This document shows, in pieces, positions 62,181-64,000 of a DNA stretch of 64,000 nucleotides. Made by a program: the position numbers and the translations under genes. Within the stretch, counting starts at the first letter, position 1; each line of letters opens with the position of its first letter. The notes beneath the pieces were generated by a model. It was not told where the DNA came from. It did no database searches and saw only the letters and a list, made by a program, of their open reading frames with translations. The stretch is from Octopus vulgaris (lineage: Eukaryota). Location of the stretch: contig OX597814.1 of assembly GCA_951406725.2 (NCBI GenBank), forward strand, positions 95,108,001-95,172,000, given 5' to 3'.

Positions 62181-64000
62181 TCTCTGCAAACAAATTAACT
62201 TGTATATTGGGGCATTATAGTATTTCCTTTTCAAATCAACTCCAGAAGTTATTTTCCTTCTGCATCCTACAGAAACAGGTTTGGATATTTATGTATTCTT
62301 TTAATTGTTTCAGTTATTGGACTGTGACCATGCTGGGGCATCATCTTGGCAAGTTTAAGTTGAACAAATCGATGTCAGTACTTATTTATTTCAGTCTGGT
62401 ACCTATTCTATCAGTTTCCTTTACCAAACTATTAAGTTATAGCAATGTAAACAAAACCAAAACAGGTTGTCAAATGGTATGATAAGAAACATAATGACAG
62501 GCACACTCACACACACACACACATGATACATATACATGTCATATATATATGTGTATATATGCACACACATACACACATAATAGACTTCCACAGTTTTCAT
62601 CTAGAGGTGGATTTGGTAGGTGGAAACTAAAACAAACTCATCATATATATGTATGTATGTATATATTTATGTATGTGTATCGTTGTATTTGTGTTTTTCT
62701 CCCACAACTGCTTGACAACCAGTGTTGGTTTGTTTATGTTCCAGTAGCTTAACAGTTCAGTTTTTAAAAAAAGCCAATAGCATAAGTGCCAGGTTTTAAA
62801 AAATAAGTACTAGGGTTAATTTCTTTGACTGAATCCTTTGAAGTGGTGCCCCAGTATGGCCACAATCAAATGACTGAAACAAGTAAATGATAAAAGTTGC
62901 TCTCTGAATTTATTTTAGAGAAAGACAAAATATATATTCTTTCTGTAAAAGATGATTTTGATGACCAACAAAAATAACTACTTTTAGATTATAAGGAAAC
63001 AAACATATTACTTGAGCAAATTTATCTGATTATATTTAACTAATCAGCTTAGCTAGTAGTGTGCAAATGAATTTAAAAAGCATGAAGGACACTGATCAGT
63101 TGGTATTTACAAGATATATTTGTACACAAATGTGGTGAAGAATTGATAATGTGTAACTGATAAAATTGTGTAGCAAGTTGGTATTAGTGTAATGTGACAA
63201 AATAAAAAAGAAGCAGCTGAATGATAAGATCTAAGAGCCATGACTGTTGCAGGCCCTGATGAGGGCAATGCATATGAATTTTAACATGGATTTTATCATC
63301 ATCATTTTAGCATCCACTTTTTCATGCTTGCAACAGTGGAACAGAGATCAATGAGGTAGATTTTCTACAGTTTAATGCTCTTCTTGTCACAAACCTCACC
63401 TGTATCCAAGCAAGGTAATACTGGTTTCAAATTTTGGCACAACGCCAGCAATTTCAATGTCAGTGCTCAACTGGTACTTATTTTATGGGCACCAAAAGAA
63501 TGGGAGGCAAAATCAACTTTGGTAGAATTTGAATTCAGAATGTATGCACAAACGAAATGCCACTAAGCATTTTGCCTGGTGTGCTAACAATTCTACCAGC
63601 TCGCTGCCTTAAAGGAAAGTAATATTGCAAGACATGCTTTTGCAGAATACTGAAAATGAATGACATTGCTTGTATGACTGTGACACTTGTTAGTAACGTC
63701 AAGGAGACACAAACATTCTATAAAGTAAAATGGTGAGCAAGTTGTGAGTTCTATGCTATTGTAATAATGAGTAGGAAGGATTCAGTATAATAGTGCCAGA
63801 TATGGAGAGTAAGACAAATCAGTCTGAGAAATGAAGGAGTGGAATAAACTTAGGTGGAGAGGGTATACAACTATTGGTTCAACAGTACAGAAGTCATTAT
63901 ACTAGCGACAGAAGAGACAGAGAGAAGAAACAGCGTATATGTGAGATAGTTGTTGGAGAAATAGATAATACCCAACACCAGGATAGGCCTTTTGCCTTGT

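Noticed and set aside
63252-63266. GCCCTGATGAGGGC hammerhead-like hairpin
   Set aside because: The core lies inside a hairpin and no GAAA segment follows.

Overview
AT-rich, repeat-dense eukaryotic DNA; the repeat families suggest an octopod cephalopod (inference). I read two spliced genes directly from the sequence, arranged head-to-head with about 710 bp between their start codons. The first is a 7-exon proteasome beta-5 gene (PSMB5, minus strand, 35756->17160, 282 aa, catalytic Thr1/Asp17/Lys33 intact, with a 30-nt microexon). The second is a 2-exon, 67-aa SMIM13-like membrane microprotein (plus strand, 36466-36544 + 48804-48928) that the ORF track misses. A possible terminal exon of a third gene lies at about 61.2-61.3 kb. 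The rest is transposon-derived: RTE LINE copies and tails, several tRNA-derived SINE families, mariner/Tc1/Tigger/Merlin/hAT/piggyBac-type elements and MITEs, a non-autonomous Helitron, Penelope remnants and microsatellites. The most notable signals are a tRNA-headed SINE-like element carrying a Penelope-type hammerhead ribozyme (15.05-15.3 kb), a PHD-like C4HC3 finger inserted inside the RTE reverse transcriptase, a SINE/LINE pair sharing a 3' tail, and long intronic fold-backs that are candidate ADAR substrates. Transposon boundaries without TSDs are approximate. No searches were run.
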